Source: Podarcis tiliguerta
Lineage: Eukaryota
Direction: 5' to 3' (one strand)
Length of the DNA stretch: 64,000 nucleotides
NCBI GenBank assembly: GCA_965153285.1
Contig: OZ229111.1
Every line of letters begins with the position of its first letter. The stretch's first letter is position 1. Positions 15,341 to 30,263 of the stretch are shown here, in pieces. The notes below the pieces were generated by a model. It was not told where the DNA came from and searched no databases. It saw only the letters and a list, made by a program, of their open reading frames with translations. The position numbers and the translations under genes are program-made.

Positions 15341-16292
15341 CTATGCTGATGAGGCTGGCCAAACATTTAGATGGAGAAATAACTGACTCATTTTCTCCTG
15401 TCTGTACTCCATTTGCAAAAATGGGATATCACTGTTCTTGAGCAGCACCATCCTACTGCTTGACCCCGTTCAGTGAATCTCCAAGCAACAGAAATATCTG
15501 CAGCTGACCCATGTTCCTTTCATTTTCCCTTATTGAGAATCTCAAATTTTCAATGCCGACTGAGCACTACTTTCTCAGCCAATGAAAACACTGGCTTCCA
15601 AACTCTGGGTCCAACAATCTATTCAGGTGATTCACAACAAGCATCAATGAGAAAATGTATAGCTCTTCTAAAGACTAAAGTACAGAATGCACCACTGAGA
15701 CTTGCTCCTTCTTACATTCCATGGTGCAGCATCTGATGTTGTGCTAGGACCAGCAAGTACACATTAAGAACATTTTCCCCAGCAGTAGATTGAATGATGA
15801 CCTTGCTTGCAAATTGAAGGGCATCTAAGTTTCAAACTACATTGGGCAATGACAAAGGCCTGATTTCTAAGTTAAAATGTATGCAAGCAGGCCTGGGATG
15901 CTAAGTCACCTGCCAACCACTTACCTTCATGCAGCCTTTCCTGCAAGGCAGTTGATGGACTCTCTATATCAGAGCCCAACTTTTGGGAAAGTGGCAGTTG
16001 GGAAAAGGTTGTGGGGAGGAAAGTGGTTGGCAACAGATGACACCTTAAAGACTAATAGATTTTATTTTGGTAGCATAGACTTTCATGGACTAGAGACCTT
16101 TGTATATGACAAAATCAACGCAAGCTGATGCTCTGTATGTTACTCTTTAAAGTTCCACTAGACTGTTGCTTTTGCTGCAACAAGCTAACATAGCTACCTC
16201 TGCAAGTACAAATGCAATATGAACTGGTTGTGTAAATCCACCCTTTAGTATACACTGACTGCACAGCAAACATCTGTAACTCTGCAACTTAC

Positions 16293-16452
16293 CCAGGTCC
16301 ATGTCCCCTGCCTTAGGTCTCTGTGAGTAAGGGACTCCTTTATACACAGCATCCAAAAGCTTCTCCTTCACTTGTGTGATGGTGTCACAGTTTAGAACCT
16401 TGACCGGGATCTCGGGAGCATTTTCATTCTCAGGGTTCACACAGTTCAGCGT
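16293..16452 (-). CDS. PLXNA1: PLXNA1 exon (RBD), 160 nt: [53 protein letters not shown]
   Basis: Acceptor atatag|ACG, donor TGG|gtaagt. Confidence 0.96.
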
Positions 16453-16649
16453 CTATATGAGAGAAAAAGGTAAATATATTTGCATGATGGGATTTGCCAC
16501 ATTGCACTATGGTTGCATATTGGGGGAATGCAGAGGGAAATGGGCAAGAGAATGAGAAGTCATCAAACTGCCTTGGAAGCTTTACCCCCTTTTCCAGTCA
16601 TTAGGTTGGAAATTTTGGGGAATGCAAAATTTTGCAGTGGAATTTCTTA

Positions 16650-16859
<210 letters not shown>

Positions 16860-19800
16860 CTAAAGAGAAGGGAGGAAGACAGGGCATTAGATAGAACATC
16901 CCTTGAAATACCTAAAATAAGCAGCTGTTTCCAAATCAAACCTGAATTGGGGGCTGATTTTATTAAACACTACTTCCATGTAATAAATAAATAAATACAT
17001 ACATACATACATACATACAATAAAAATTTGCTGGACCCTGGAGAACATGCTTCGAATGTATACACAGAAATGACCAGTGTTGTAGTAAGATCAAAGTTTG
17101 GCTAATGATTACGGTATGTTGTTTAGTACCTTTGGATCTTGCTCCATTTGCTTTCATATGGTATCTCCTTTGACCCCTATCTTGCCAAGAAAAGCCATTC
17201 TTTGGAAAATCTTATCAGAAAAATCCTACTCTTTGCAAAATACAAGTCAATTGTTTCAGTTGGCTTTTCACACAAACAAAATAATGGACAAGGTGTTTTC
17301 TGAATATATGCCAGCTATTAATTCTGAGGTACATGATGGTTTGAGAAACAAAGCAGTGAAAAAGCATGTGTGAACTTTATAAATTCTAGAACTTCACCGA
17401 AGATCACTGATCTACAGGGATTATAACCCTAATTTCCCCCCAAAGTGTAGGCTCAATTGGGCAGCACAAAATATCCAATACATGGGGATGGACAAGGCAT
17501 GAGCAAAGACTTCATAAGATAAAGCAGACCATAAAGGGCTATCTCAAGTGGTTGTTCAGTAGGTATCTGGGTTGACTGGTGTGGTTTTCTACAAGCTTTT
17601 CTGCAAATTAATTCTCCATGTTCATTCTTACCCATTATTGGATCAAGTCAATGAGCCATATAACCTAGAATCAATCTCCGACAACAGCCAGGACCTGGTT
17701 CTTCAGAAAAGGATATATGACAACTGCAAAACAATCCATTAACTATTGTTCACTCAGAGCTTCCAGCATTATGAAGTTAAGAGACAAGCTGGACATAAAT
17801 CTGCCTTCCTCTACATTGATGGGGAAACTGGCCCTCCAAATGTTGTTGGACTCCACCTCCCATCAGTCCCAGCCAGCATGGTCAATAGTCAGGAATGGAT
17901 TTGTATATCCTCTATGAATTTGTCTCATCAGTACAAAAAAATCCAGATTCTACAACTCTCCATAGCCATGTGCCTCATAAGTCAATCCTTAGATACGTGA
18001 AATAAATGCTTCCTGTTGTTTCTTCTTCACTTACTAAATGGTCACACGATTTCATTCCAATAAAAGAAATGGAAGTCTGTGTTTGTTGTGCAATTAAAAG
18101 TTAAGGACAAGACAGTAAACAAAAGGAGCCAGTAGACTCCCAGCTGGAAAAGTGTCAACCTCAGCAGTCAGGTGTGTATGATTAAAATGGACTGGAAGTG
18201 AGGTGCTGAAGCAGGGGAGAAGAGATGGAAATTAATAGGATGAGTGTGAAAGACATTTGAGAAGGTGAGGGGGGAACTAGAGAGACATCACTCTGAAAAC
18301 TATTATCAGTGGATTGAGACATTGACTTCAACAGTGTTTGGATCAGACGTATAGTAATGCTACATAGCTGGTCCCCAGGAGTGTTTCAGTATTTTCTTGT
18401 GCAATCTTTTATGCCAACTAGGGTGAAGATGAAAACAGGAGGGGTAGAGACAAAAATCCCAAGTGACCTCAGTCCTGCCACCTCTTTCCCAGCTGGCCAC
18501 CATCAAAACAAATTCTACTTTGGTGCAAAGTGCATCTCCTCTCTCTGCCACCATATGCTGTTAGCATCTCGTTAGCATCTGCAGTAATTAAAGAGACAGC
18601 TGCTAACGAGCAAGAACAGGCATACATCATCCCTAGACCTACCGACAACACGCCTGTCTTTGAAATTATGTTTCATTTGCAAACTTGGCTTCATTAAGTC
18701 TGCTTGGGAAAGAAAGAGAGAGAGAGGGAGAGAACCAATGTGGGTGCTATGCTGTTTATTAATAACTGTCTTGTCTCCTCATAATGCACAAGCCAAATGA
18801 TGGCCGTACATTAACAGGCATGCATGGCAATTACACTCCAGCATGGCAAGACTCTCCCATTTTTGCCTGCCCTCCTCCCTTTTCAGGTGAGGCCAGAAAT
18901 TCAAGCCTCTTCCAAGGAGGGCTTTTATTACTTATAAAAGCTAACTGCAAACCATTCAGGCACAAAAAAGCAACACAGATGGAGAATAAATTGAAGATGG
19001 CTCCTTGGTCGTATCTTGTTTGTCTGTTGTGATCTCTCATCACACAGTTTTCTCCCACTTGCAGTCAGCTGAGGAGCCATGCATTGCTTGAGAGCGAGGT
19101 GCCTGACCTGTTATCAGGGCTGTTTAAAGGCACTCTTGAGAGCAGTGGATTGCTTTTTACCTTTTGATCACCTCTGAAGACTAACCCTGTTTTAATGTTC
19201 TCAGTCCTGAGAGGTTCTGGATACTGCGTCTTATACAATGGACAACAGACAGAGAGGGCTTCGTGTTCTTTAAAACTTGGGGTAAGTATTAACTAGTTAA
19301 TTACAGTTGGTAACTGCTCTTGAACTGTCTGACTCCCAGCTACGAAAGTGCAGTTGGGCAGGTTGCCATAATCATGCAATAGTAGAAGAACTTTCCCTAA
19401 GAATTAGCGGGTTCAATATCTGTTTGCAAAGGGAACTGGGAGGATTTGGCATGGATCTGCTAGAGAGCAGATTGTGGTTTCAAGCTAACAGTGATACACC
19501 CATTTAAAACAGGCCACTGAATCTGCTCAGCCAACAGTGAGCTCAGTAGATCAACTTTATGCCAAATGATGTGTTAGCCAGCTCTTTCTTATTTACGGGA
19601 AGGCTATCACACATACTGACTCCAGGATAACCTGCTTTGGCTCTTTGCCACTTTTATTAAGTCTCCAAACACAAAAGATGAAATTACTTTTGCCTTCTCT
19701 TAAGGGAGGTACATGGGCAAATAGGGTTCACAAAGCATTTGGTTGGGTCCCTCATTGCACCAGGCCCATGCCAGGCTTGCTGAGAGATCTGTAGGTGCAG

Positions 19801-20479
19801 TACATGCTGGAGGCATGAATGGTACCTGCCAGGGCCATAGAAGACCTTGAGCCCCAACCCCCCCTTGTATGCTGATATCACTGGAGGGCACCAAGTTCTG
19901 ATACGATGGGTTGGCTACATGGGGAAGGCAAGTGAAATCCAGATGGATCCCACTGTAGAATAAATCAGTGAGTGTCTATTAGGGTAGAGGATAATTACAT
20001 TCAGTCCACATTTTTATACAAACCAACCTAATTCGCACCTCCTGGACTAATATACAGATTGGAATGCAATTATTATTCAGATGTTGCACATCTCTGTATT
20101 TTATGGCTCAAAATATGCACCAAAATGTGTAAAAAAGTATTAATGGCATATTTTAACATAAAACATGTTTAGAAATGCATACTTTGAGAAAAAATACATA
20201 TTTAAATAAGCTTTTTGTGATAAAATATGTATTTCAATAATGTGTAAATATTAATTTTCATAGAGATTCTTTTAAAAACCACAGATTAATGTGGAAATAG
20301 GATGGAACAGACTTATAAACACATGCAAAGTTGAAGCAGACTGGAAATAAGATGGTTCCGTCCATCCTTGGTCTTCAGCACTCTGAATACTGTCTAGGAC
20401 TGGCCAAAATCCCAAATCTCTCCCTCACCACACACATTTTGCAAACCCCCATAATTTGGTGACTTTCTGTCTAGAGTAC

Positions 20480-21070
20480 TGTAATGTGCTGAATGAGGAC
20501 CTGCCCTTGAAGAAAGTCCAGAGGCTCTAGTCAGTACAGAATGAGGCTGCTAGGTTGGTAACTGGGGCAGTCCAATGAGACCATGTGTCGCTAGTTCTGA
20601 AAGCACTGCACTGGGTGCCAATGAGCTACTGGCACAATTGAAGGTGTTAGTGCCAGCATATGAAACCCAAAATGACCCAAGGACCCAAAAGAGCACCTTC
20701 CCCATTATCAGCTATCTCAGCCCCTATGAGCAGCTAGTAAGGCCTTGTTGGCTGTGGCTGCTGGAAGGGGGCTATGACCCATGACAGGGCCTTTTCAGTG
20801 GTGGCTCTGTTCGTGGAATGCCACGGTTAGGTGTGATTGTCTCTATCACTATTGACTTTCAGGAGGGGTTTGAAAACACTGCTGTTTACCCAGGCATTCG
20901 ACAGTTGAAGGACAGTGCTCCTGGCAACTGCAAAATCACAGGATGAGAGAACGTTTTTAACCGTAGCTGTTTTCAAAATGCTTAAAAAAAATGTTTTGTT
21001 GTGGATGTGGTTTGCTGCCATGTGCTCCTTTAGGAGGAAGGATGGGATATTAATAAATAAGTATAAAATA
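20480..21070 (+). mobile_element. Degenerate L2 LINE 3' fragment
   Basis: Relic L2 coding motifs (CN..LPLKKVQRL..VQNEAARL, LHWVP, KVL) followed by an AT-rich (AAAT) tail; boundaries approximate. Confidence 0.65.
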
Positions 21071-22166
21071 GTAACCAAGCCCATAAAACCAGGCAAAGGT
21101 AAGTTGGCATCTTTAGGCAAGGACTTATGTTAACACCACATGCTCCCCCAACAGCTTTGGAGCAGGGATTATGTGCTGATCTGCAAAGATAAGAAGCACT
21201 TTAGCAGCTGACAGCAAGACACCAGCCAGCACCTACCACATAGCTCTAACAACCTCTTTGTGTAAGGAGACAATGCTTTTCCTGGGCTCATCATAAGTCT
21301 GCGCACAATCTTTTAAAAATGACATAGACCAAAACACACTTTTATGCAACAGGACAGTGACTACACAGTCAATATGGGATGAGCTTTTAGAATTCACGGC
21401 TCTGAACCCAGTTCCTGGAAGGAATGGATCTGAGGCAAAACCAAACATTTGAGCATAAAATACAAAACCAAGCATGAAGAAAGCCATTGATAACTTGCTG
21501 AGATGACTCCCCCCAAACCCTGGAAGTATGGCAATTCCAGCACATAGCCCAGCCCTCCTCAATTTAGCCTGGTGCCTTCCAGATGTTTTGGAGTGAAATT
21601 CCTATCAGCCCCTGCCAGTTTTTATAATCCAAAACATCAAGAGGGTACCACAATGAGGAAAGCTAACATAGGATTCTATCCGATGTAAAACCTACTCAGA
21701 GTAGGCACATTAAAAGTAATGGTCGTTAGTAACTTAAATAGAGGAGACCTATCAAAATGAATCTATTTCATTTCCTTTCAACTATTTGTATACTGCTTAA
21801 TCACAATCATCGCTAAGCAGCGTACAAGAAGCCTAATACATTAAGCTTCAAGGCCAACTAGGGATTTCAACCCTGGTTCTCCCAGTCCAGGACTGTAACC
21901 ACTACACCGAACTCTTACTGAAAACACCACAATCTCTGGCAGAGATGTTTCCAGGTCCTCTGACCCGATAACCTTTTAACTGGAGATTCCAGAGCTTGAA
22001 CCTAGGGCCTTCTGCATGCTCTACCACTGATCACTTGGCCATCTCTGACGCGAATGCAGGGCTGAGATCTCACAAATAAACTAAAGGATCTAGAGGCCTG
22101 CTCTGCTCTTTACATATTGTCTGCAAATGTTTCCATTACCTTTGTTCCACTGACAACTCAGCACTG

Positions 22167-22240
22167 TTTCCAGGAGTTCTCCTATCTATAGCTTTCTCTG
22201 AGCTTTCCAGGAGTTCTCCTATCTATAGCTTTCTCTGAGC
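22167..22240. repeat. Perfect 37-bp tandem duplication
   Basis: TTTCCAGGAGTTCTCCTATCTATAGCTTTCTCTGAGC x2. Confidence 0.95.
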
Positions 22241-24094
22241 TTTCTCTGGCCAATATTAAGTAGGCACAGTGGCTGTAGACCCCAGCTCCTGTGAAAAGCA
22301 GAAGGGCCTAAAGGCCAAATGCTCTTGAGAAGAGCACCTCCTTTAACCTTCAACAGATTAAGAAAAGCTGCAGGATGCAGAGTAAAGTGTAAACATTGGC
22401 ATTTGCATATGAGTGCCTGCGTATGTGGAGAGAAAGCCTGAAGCAGCATGAGCCAAACTATCTAACGCTCACAGTGTCTTATTGATGAGATTTAGCTCAT
22501 CAGGCACCTAATATTGTGCATTTTTCAATGCTCCTCTTTATCTGCTTCGCTCTCCCATTCCCTGGGATGGCTCATTAGGAGGCTGATGAATGGCGCTCGA
22601 GGCCTCAACAAAAGCACCACTGCCCGGGCCTGCCGATTCCACGAAGCCTGCCTGTCCCTACCTCTGCCACAAACAACACCTGGGCAGCCAGGGCGAAGGA
22701 AGTGGGGAGAGGACAGAGAGAGGAGGGAGAAGAAGAGCAGCACATTGATCTCGGCCTTCAGTGGTGCTGAATCAATATATCATTTCCCTCACAGATGATT
22801 GGCAGGGTTTCTTTTCATTCCTTTAAGGGCCTTGTGCTGTTGCTGTGTAGCTGTCACAAGAGGCTAGCTAATGCTACATCCTTGTATGCTACACCTATTG
22901 TGAGTGTTCATCTCATGAAGGGCTCAGGCTGGAGATAAGCACTGAGCTATGGGAGAGCAGAGCTCGGCTGTATATAGCAGCAAGAGTTGCATCCAGATTG
23001 TGAGCCCCGCTGCCCATACTGGAAGGTGCTGCTTTGAGTAGAGTCCTCTCCAGTAGAGCTACTTCTGCAATGGAGAGGGAGAGCTTCTGGTCTCACTAGG
23101 TCTTCAACAGAGTTCTCTGAGTCAAAAGATGGCAGTGCCACATCCTCTGACTGATGGGACACTGGTCCCCGCAAGCTTGTTGGGTAGCACCACTTCTGAA
23201 CTGGCTACATATGCTCTCCCTCTTCTGATTTGGAGTCCTTAGCTCCACCACCTCTTCTGGTCCCTGACACACCCATGGGAATAATTCGTGCCTATCTGAG
23301 GACATGTGGACCGAAAAGCAAGTGTACAAACATAATCCAAATCTGGGGGGGCATCCTTAGTGCTGCAAATCAGAGGTGGTCCTACAAACCCTTCCCTACA
23401 GGAAAGGCAGTAAATATAAGATACCACCATTTTTTCTTTCCTTTGTTCTGGTCATCAACAGCTCATTTTGACTCAAGGACACAAACTCATGCCCCAGCCG
23501 CAGAGGCATTCCCTTGCCGGGTCCTTCTCCAAAGACATGTTTTCGCAAAAAATCACCAAAGGCTACACACACAAAAATGCAAGTACATTCACTTCCTGGA
23601 TTTGCATGTGCTTTTGCTACAGTGTGAGGCAGTGTGGGGTGGGACCATATATTTCCCTGCTAGCAAAGTGCTTGTGGGGAAGCCTGTTTCAAGTATCTTG
23701 ACTACTACTTCTCATTTCACAACCACCTGCAATCCTCATCCCTTTAAAGCTACTCAGAGAAATGATATTCTAGACATCAGCTGATGGGAGCTGTCTCTTG
23801 CTGCTGGTTACATACATTGCTCTTTTGTACTGAGGAGACTGGAACACGGAGCAGGGTAAAGGTAGGTGGCTGCAACTGTGGTGCACTTGGTTCAAATGAC
23901 AATGGCTCATATGAGATGTAATGGTTGAAGAGCTCTAAGAACCAAGTCTGAACACAATGAACTAAACTACATCATAGTCAGCAATAGCATGTCTACAGGG
24001 AACACACCCTTCTATTGTCTAGGGAAATTTTCATTCTCCTTCATATACTCTCAAACTAAAACATGCCATATGGTCAGTTTTTGACCAGTCTGTT

Positions 24095-24098
<4 letters not shown>

Positions 24099-24140
<42 letters not shown>
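24099..24140. repeat. (GT)n microsatellite
   Basis: Direct reading. Confidence 0.95.
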
Positions 24141-24143
<3 letters not shown>

Positions 24144-24239
24144 AAATAAAGCCTGGCTTACTGCCACTCCAAACAAAATAAAAACCAGCAAGAAGGTTTC
24201 CTTCTCACATATTGTCAGAGCTATCTTTTTTGTAATAGG

Positions 24240-24302
24240 TTTTTATTGAAGAATTTTGAACTGTATAATACAAGCAACAGAACACACAAGCACAAAACAA
24301 CA

Positions 24303-24334
<32 letters not shown>

Positions 24335-24810
24335 GGCAAAGGAGATTAAAAGAACAAAATAATGGGGCACAGTTTCTTATATATCTTGAGTAAAGGTGGA
24401 AAGGGGAGGAAGAAAAGGCTAGGTGGAAGGTGAGGCAATGGCCTGGGGTCACTGTTATATCGAGTCTTTCCAGAAGACCATCTGGGTAGCAGATGGGAGG
24501 AATTCCTCCACTGAATCATTTATAAATGAGAGGAAGGGAAATTGGGTGACAGCAAAAGCATCAGGCTTTGCTTGGTCCATACTCAAGACAATTCGCGCAT
24601 ACTCAAGACAATTTTCTGATAAATCTATTTGCCACATGCACTGGCACCATGTTTCAAGCATAAAATCAGGCCTTTTCCATCCCAATAGCCATGCAAGTAT
24701 CTGTCAGGAGGAAAGTCAAAATGTCTCTATGGAGCAGCCTTGGGCTGGTAAATGGGCAGCAAGAGCAAGTACAGGAGACTTAGGGACAGTTTGCTTAGTT
24801 ATTAAGGATA
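24240..24810 (-). mobile_element. Degenerate L1-like 3' fragment containing a (TTGC)n repeat
   Basis: Minus-strand Trp-rich relic ORF 24455..24685, T-rich 3'UTR and AATAAAAA end near 24240; boundaries approximate. Confidence 0.45.
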
Positions 24811-25016
24811 GGTGATTAAATATTTTGTCCCCAAATCAATTGGGGAAAAGCCACCACATGTGTACTCTGATCTGTGCTGTGAAAGAACGCTGCCCTGAGA
24901 CTGTAGAGCCCATTTCTCTGAATGCAGAAAATCTGGGGGCGGTGGGGATCAATGTTCAAATGTATCCAAGGACCATGCTTTCCAGAAGCTTAAGCACATA
25001 AAACAACATTGGCTAT

Positions 25017-25018
<2 letters not shown>

Positions 25019-25062
<44 letters not shown>
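25019..25062. repeat. (GT)n microsatellite
   Basis: Direct reading. Confidence 0.95.
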
Positions 25063-25065
<3 letters not shown>

Positions 25066-27585
25066 CATTAGAACTCGGTATATGTTGGCTCACTAATGAC
25101 CATCTGCAATGGCAACCATTCTGGTAGGCTCGATTGCTTTGTACCTTTCAGAGATGTGGGAAGAGGAAAGGAGAATGCTGCATGGAAATGAACTTCAGCA
25201 ACTGATGTGATCCTGCTCCTCTTCCTCAAAGCAGCTCTAAGAGCTTGGTAACTAACCTGCAGGACAGATTTATATACTTGTGCTTGCATGCACAAGGAAT
25301 GGAGGAATGGAAAGAGCCAGTCCATTGGATTTGGGTGGTGACAAATGGCGCTGCCAAATTCCAGCAGCATGAAGTCAACCCTTCCTTTATCCAGCTTGGA
25401 ATGCAATTTATCTATTCCAGGAGCTCAGTGCACAGAGATATTTTTGAAGGAGAGAATTTTTGGGGGGTTTTTTAAAAGCACCAGATGGGCTCCTGGTGTC
25501 TCCTACACACAGCTTGAGGTGTATTTCCAGACCAGACCACACAGCACCACATTCTCAAAAACTTGTGTACCTTTGCTTGAAACGCTACATGGAGCCTTCT
25601 CTTGGTCATGGCTATATAGGAACTCTACATTTAAGGCTAAGGCTACATTTAAAGCACTACAATACCACTTTAACAGTCATGGCTTTCCCCAAAGAATCCT
25701 GGGTAGTGCCGTTTATTAAAGATGCTGAGAACTGAGACCCCCTGTTCCCCTCGCAGAGCTACAATTCCCAGAGATCCCTGGCTGAATGTTAAGTTCTGTG
25801 AAGGGAACAGGGGTCTCCTTAAAACTCTAGAATATAAATTCAAGAATTATTATCTTTATTGTACTGTCACAGACCCAGTAAAGACACTAATATATGAGGT
25901 TGCCTGAGTCAAGTCATTGGTCCATCTATCTCAGAACTGTCTGACCAGCAGCAGCAGCTACTCCAGGTTTCAGGCAGGGCTTCTTCTCAGTCATACCTGG
26001 AGATGCTGCGAATTGAACACAGGACCTTTCTCATGCAAAGCACGATCCACAAGCCTTCCTTAAAGAGTGGGCTATTGCAGAACTTTGAGGCTTCTGCAGA
26101 AGAGCTGCAAAAATAAAATAAAAAAGCTTCTGGCTACAGAATCCCTTGGTGTGTAGAGTTGGAAAGGAGCCAAACCCCATCCCAAGCTTCAGGCAGCCTC
26201 TACAGCTGAGAGTCTGTGGCAGAGAGGCAGCAGTATATTAGGAATGGGTTCCTTCCATTTCTAGCCTTTCTCCCAACAAACTCATGTATTCCATGACTTC
26301 ACCACCTGAGCTCTCCTAAATTATTTCCTCACCTGGCCCCTGCCAAATCCCAAAGTCATGCAAGAGCTGTAGCTAGAATTAAGTAAACATTGTAGCCCAT
26401 AGGACCAACTTAACGCAATGGTGATTAGACAGTCACCGAAACAAGGATATACAGAGCTGGGTTTTAAGAAAAAATGTTTAAACAGCAACAAAGCACTGTT
26501 CTCCTTACATCCTTGCAAAGTGATATATGCTCTACAGTAGCGATATACGTTTATAGATATGGGACGTCCCTAGACAGAGGCGAAGAGCGAAGTGCATGTA
26601 AGCGATAACATAAATCACCTCTCAGTGGCCGATCACTTGCAGTCTCTGCATAGCTCTCAACTTGCTTGGAAACAATTCAAGCTTTCTTTATCTTAATGAG
26701 GGATGGTATCCCACGAAAAACAGCTCTGCGCCACAATGACTTGCTGAGTGAAAGTCTGGCAAGATCCCAGTGAAGCATCACTTTTGACTGACAAACAGGT
26801 CTATGTAACAGTCATTAACCTGGGTTTCCTTCTGGAGTGCGGGTAAACTACAGCTCCCCTGACACATGGGCCACAGCAGTGCCAGGCAATGGCAGCCATA
26901 ATTCATCCATGGTGCAGCAGCTCGTAGCTCGGGGCTAGGCAGGGGCTGCAGGTTTTACCTCCACGGAATGTACCTGAATCTGTTTGTGCCTACTGATTTT
27001 TTCCAGCAGACAAGACCAAAGGAAGAAATGTGTTACATACTAATGAGCTGTAATGGGCAGGGAGGGAACCTTTGCACCAACTTAATGCAGCTGCAGCCAT
27101 GCCACCTCCACTGAGATTCTGGGAAATACTGTAATTCAGTGCCACAACAATTCTGGTTGAACAATGACAATTGCCGTTTTTTTTGTTTCCCTTCCATATA
27201 GGGAATTCAATTGTTTACGCTGTTCCATCATCCTTCAGCCGTTCAGTCCCTCCTTCTATCAGCACCTCCCTAAAACCATTAACCCACCTCTGCACTAAAC
27301 TGGTTTATCATGAAGGGGGGAAAAGGTTGGGGATATCAGGAAAGTGAGAGGAACAGTGCATCAGAGTGACTTCTAAACGCACCCAGGTTCTCTAAATGTT
27401 ATCTAGATGTCCCTATGGTGATAGCAAAGAATAGGAAGACTGGTAACAATTGTTCGCTTGGTTTTGCAGAAAATTGGGGTATACCAAATGTGGAACCAGC
27501 CCCCCCAAACCTTGGTGTTCCCGATTCCCAAGGCACAAGCAATGGTTCTTACAAATCAAGCACCCAAATCTTTTCCCCAGCCTCA

Positions 27586-27792
<207 letters not shown>

Positions 27793-28235
27793 TCAAACCA
27801 TGAAAGGCAGGAACCTCAAAGCAAAGAGGAAGGTAGCCAGAACACGGGGGTTGCCATGACAAAATCTAAAGATAGTCCTGGCAACAGCCAATCCCACTTT
27901 GCCCCCACAGAGCTCATTAGAGTAAAACCTGGACTCCTGCTGGCCACAGCAATAAAAATACAGCTAAAGAAAAAGAGGTGACCCAACCTCCATCAGCAAA
28001 TCTCCAGAGACTGCTCCCCAGAATCATCTTCTGGCCCTTGCTCTGCATTTCTAAAGAGTTCAAGGATCTGTATTTTCACTGAGCTTAATGGAATTCACAA
28101 AGCTTCCCAGTTAACATTTTGTAGGAGAGCAATAGCTGGGAAAGGCAAGAAAACTCTGAACTATTTTGAAATACTTTTGTATATCAGTGAATAATCTCAG
28201 CTGGAAAGTACTCTGCAACAGCCATACATAATTGA

Positions 28236-28335
28236 ACATAGAACCACAGAACTGTAGAGTTGGAAGGGATCCCAAAGGTGATCTACTCCAACCCCCTGCA
28301 ATGCAAGAATCTCAGCTAAAGCATCCATGACAGAG
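28236..28335 (-). mobile_element. CR1-like 3' end fragment
   Basis: Similar to the 586-700 copy (catagaac...agagttggaagggatcc...aagcatccatgacaga). Confidence 0.6.
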
Positions 28336-29542
28336 CTCACATTGACCAACTCCAAAACCAGGTGGTAGACATTGCCTCCCCTTAAAAAGGAAAAAAAGGA
28401 ACATATAGTATTTCCAAAATTGGGGGGTGGGGAGCAACTGGCCCAGCTTATTCCCCACAAAGGAAGACAGCCTCCAGAAGCGTAAGTGATGCTTCAGACA
28501 ATGCTGCCAAGCATCATTGCAATCTCTGGTCTGGTCTAGTAGAGTTGCCTCTTGTCATTGATTATACCCCACTTGAAATATTAAGATGGGTTTTGTTTGT
28601 TTTCTTGCAATAGGTTGTGGAGGGGAGGTCTACAACCAATTTCAGCTTAGACTCACATGAATGAGTCTAGAATATGTTGCAATTTTTTTCAAACAGGGTT
28701 TTTGTTTTATTTTTTACATCTCTAAGCTGCAATTCAAATGCCTGTCCCATCCACAGAAGTCATGGGTTTCTATTACAGCAAAATATGGGGAGAGCCATTC
28801 CACTGCATGTGAGAAAGTGTGATCAATGAAAAGCTTCTTCCTCCTCTTTAGTATTGTGAGAAAGGTGAGATAAAAAGAGCCCAAAATTTATCTGCATCTG
28901 AGAGGCTCGGTTTTATTGCACTTATTTCTCACTTATCATTTCTAGCACACCATAATACTTGACCGGATAGAGATATGCTAAGAAAGAGCTAAGGAGTCTC
29001 GCTTCCCTCCGTCTGAGTGTGGGACCATGTTAAACAGATCAATGTAGTGACATCATGAGGATCTGCAGCAGTGTATATTGGTATGCTGACATTTAATGGA
29101 AAACTAAAACTCTTGCGATTCTGGGGTTTGCCAAGTTCCCAATGTCTGCATGAGTTGGAGAAACCGCTGAATATAACAAAAAATGAATTATTCATATGTC
29201 AATATATCAGTGGATCCTCGTTAAGGTTTTGTAAAGAAACAGGGCGTCATACTAGCTTCCCATTGATGTGCTATTATATACTGACAATATAAGATTTGGA
29301 TTTTATATTTATACATACTACTCCAGAGTGCAGATGCTTAGTAATTGCATTTAACTGCAAGTGAACCTTCTTGCATTTCCAGAATGTATATTCTCATTAT
29401 ATGATCATTCTGTTGCTTTTTGTCCATGACTAAAGACATTGTCATCTAGGAAGGAAGAGTTCCAGTCTAAAGCACATCACATGGCAAACTGGGGGACAGC
29501 AGAAAGGAAGGAAGTTTCAATATATTTTCCTATGCACATCAG

Positions 29543-29594
<52 letters not shown>
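29543..29594. repeat. Compound (CT)n(CA)n microsatellite
   Basis: Direct reading. Confidence 0.95.
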
Positions 29595-29595
<1 letters not shown>

Positions 29596-30263
29596 AAAAA
29601 GCCAAAGTATTTCAAAGCAGGAGCCCAGAATGAGGAGATCAAGGCCAAAGCCAAAGGGAGAGCTGGGAAGAAGATACAACTGAAACCGTAGAGAGTTGTA
29701 GGCAGACAGAGAGAGCTGCTGGTGGAGGCTCAGGGCCTGATCACCAGAGACATGAGCAGATTAGTATACACAGACAGGGCTGTAAGAATTGAGTCTGTGT
29801 TGACTGCCTTCACTATTCATCAGCTCATACCAATGAAAACATTGCTCTGATACAAAAATTAAGATTCACCTTAACATACTTATCAAACAATATTTAAAAC
29901 TATGCACATTTCTTCCTTAAAATGGAGAAAAATATGCAGGTGGCTCTGATTGAAATTCTTTATTTATGCCTTTTTGGCTGCTCCATCTATTAATCATCAG
30001 ATCAGTTATTTCATATTCAAATGCTCACAAAAGTACAAGCGACGCTAATGACCTCAAGAAGGAAACTGCTCCTCATTGCTATAAGGGAGCAGACGGGAGG
30101 GGCTAAGGGGTGTTATTGAAAATAGCAAAACCAAAACAATCAAAATCCCACCAAAAGCTGCACAGATTTTGAGTGGAATTCCCATGAAACAATGGGTTAT
30201 CAGGCAGGAGGGAAGAGTCAATTACTGCAGATTGCTTTGAGAGAAACCACCTTGCCTGTTGTT

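Noticed and set aside
23230-23784. 184-aa plus-strand ORF
   Set aside because: Partly overlaps a degenerate LINE relic; no domain signature.
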